Source: Haplodiscus bocki (lineage: Eukaryota). From it: a DNA stretch of 64,000 nt. Within the stretch, counting starts at the first letter, position 1. Every line of letters begins with the position of its first letter. Positions 63,710-64,000 of the stretch are shown here, piece after piece. The notes under the pieces were generated by a model that searched no databases, was not told the DNA's origin, and worked only from the letters and a program-made list of their open reading frames with translations. Where the stretch lies: the NCBI GenBank assembly GCA_965655095.1, contig OZ296648.1:131936001-132000000 (forward strand), written 5' to 3'. The position numbers and the translations under genes were made by a program.

Positions 63710-64000
63710 TCATATAATCAGTTGACAACTAAAACTTATTGTTTCTCCATTAAAATCAACTGGTTTATGATCACCATCTTCGAGATAAAATGTGATATGA
63801 GACAAAACAGATTTCTTTAACTTTTTGAAAAGTTTGATTTTTGGTTTTTTAAAAATTTTTTGACCAGCTGGTTTATTAAATGCAAAACTATCAAAAAAGG
63901 TACTCGGATACCATTAACAATAGATTCAATAAAACAATCACATTTTAAATGAAATATATCGATTCCTATAAAATTAACAGGTTTGTTGCTTTTATAGCTT
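63710..64000 (-). pseudogene. Polinton minor capsid/penton-like protein B, C-terminal part
   Basis: PVNFIGIDIFHLKCDCFIESIVNG...SVLSHITFYLEDGDHKPVDFNGETISFSCQLII*. Confidence 0.72.

Larger units (their letters stand above)
51523..64000. mobile_element. Polinton/Maverick element 3 (degenerate; continues past the right edge)
   Basis: AGTAGT terminus, pPolB, integrase, MCP, ATPase and two penton-like genes. Confidence 0.93.

Noticed and set aside
1-64000. tRNA, rRNA or prokaryotic operons
   Set aside because: None recognisable; spliceosomal introns and eukaryotic transposons dominate.

Overview
AT-rich eukaryotic (animal) genomic DNA, almost all decayed mobile elements, with one 200-N scaffold gap (15078-15277). 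The single recognisable host gene is a spliced STYXL1/MK-STYX-type rhodanese plus pseudophosphatase gene: 7 coding exons at 5347-12362 (+), one GC-AG intron, first exon not found. Around it lie three degenerate Polinton/Maverick (adintovirus-like) elements (1-3832, ~19240-29200, ~51520-64000+) and a probable orphan Polinton terminus. There is also a CR1/L2-type LINE with its RT core deleted, and a 5'-truncated RTE LINE inserted with an 11-bp TSD into a Polinton polymerase. LTR elements comprise a BEL/Pao-like remnant with a candidate env, a degenerate Gypsy gag-pol, and older LTR debris. The most unusual items are: (i) a multi-intron, transposase-like gene lying antisense and directly 3' of the Gypsy pol, partly inside a near-perfect 2082-bp tandem duplication; (ii) a Polinton with two tandem penton-like genes, a Zn-ribbon-fused packaging ATPase, a YPTAPL-containing membrane-type ORF and an internally inverted terminal repeat. 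All family calls come from manual motif reading; no database search was run.
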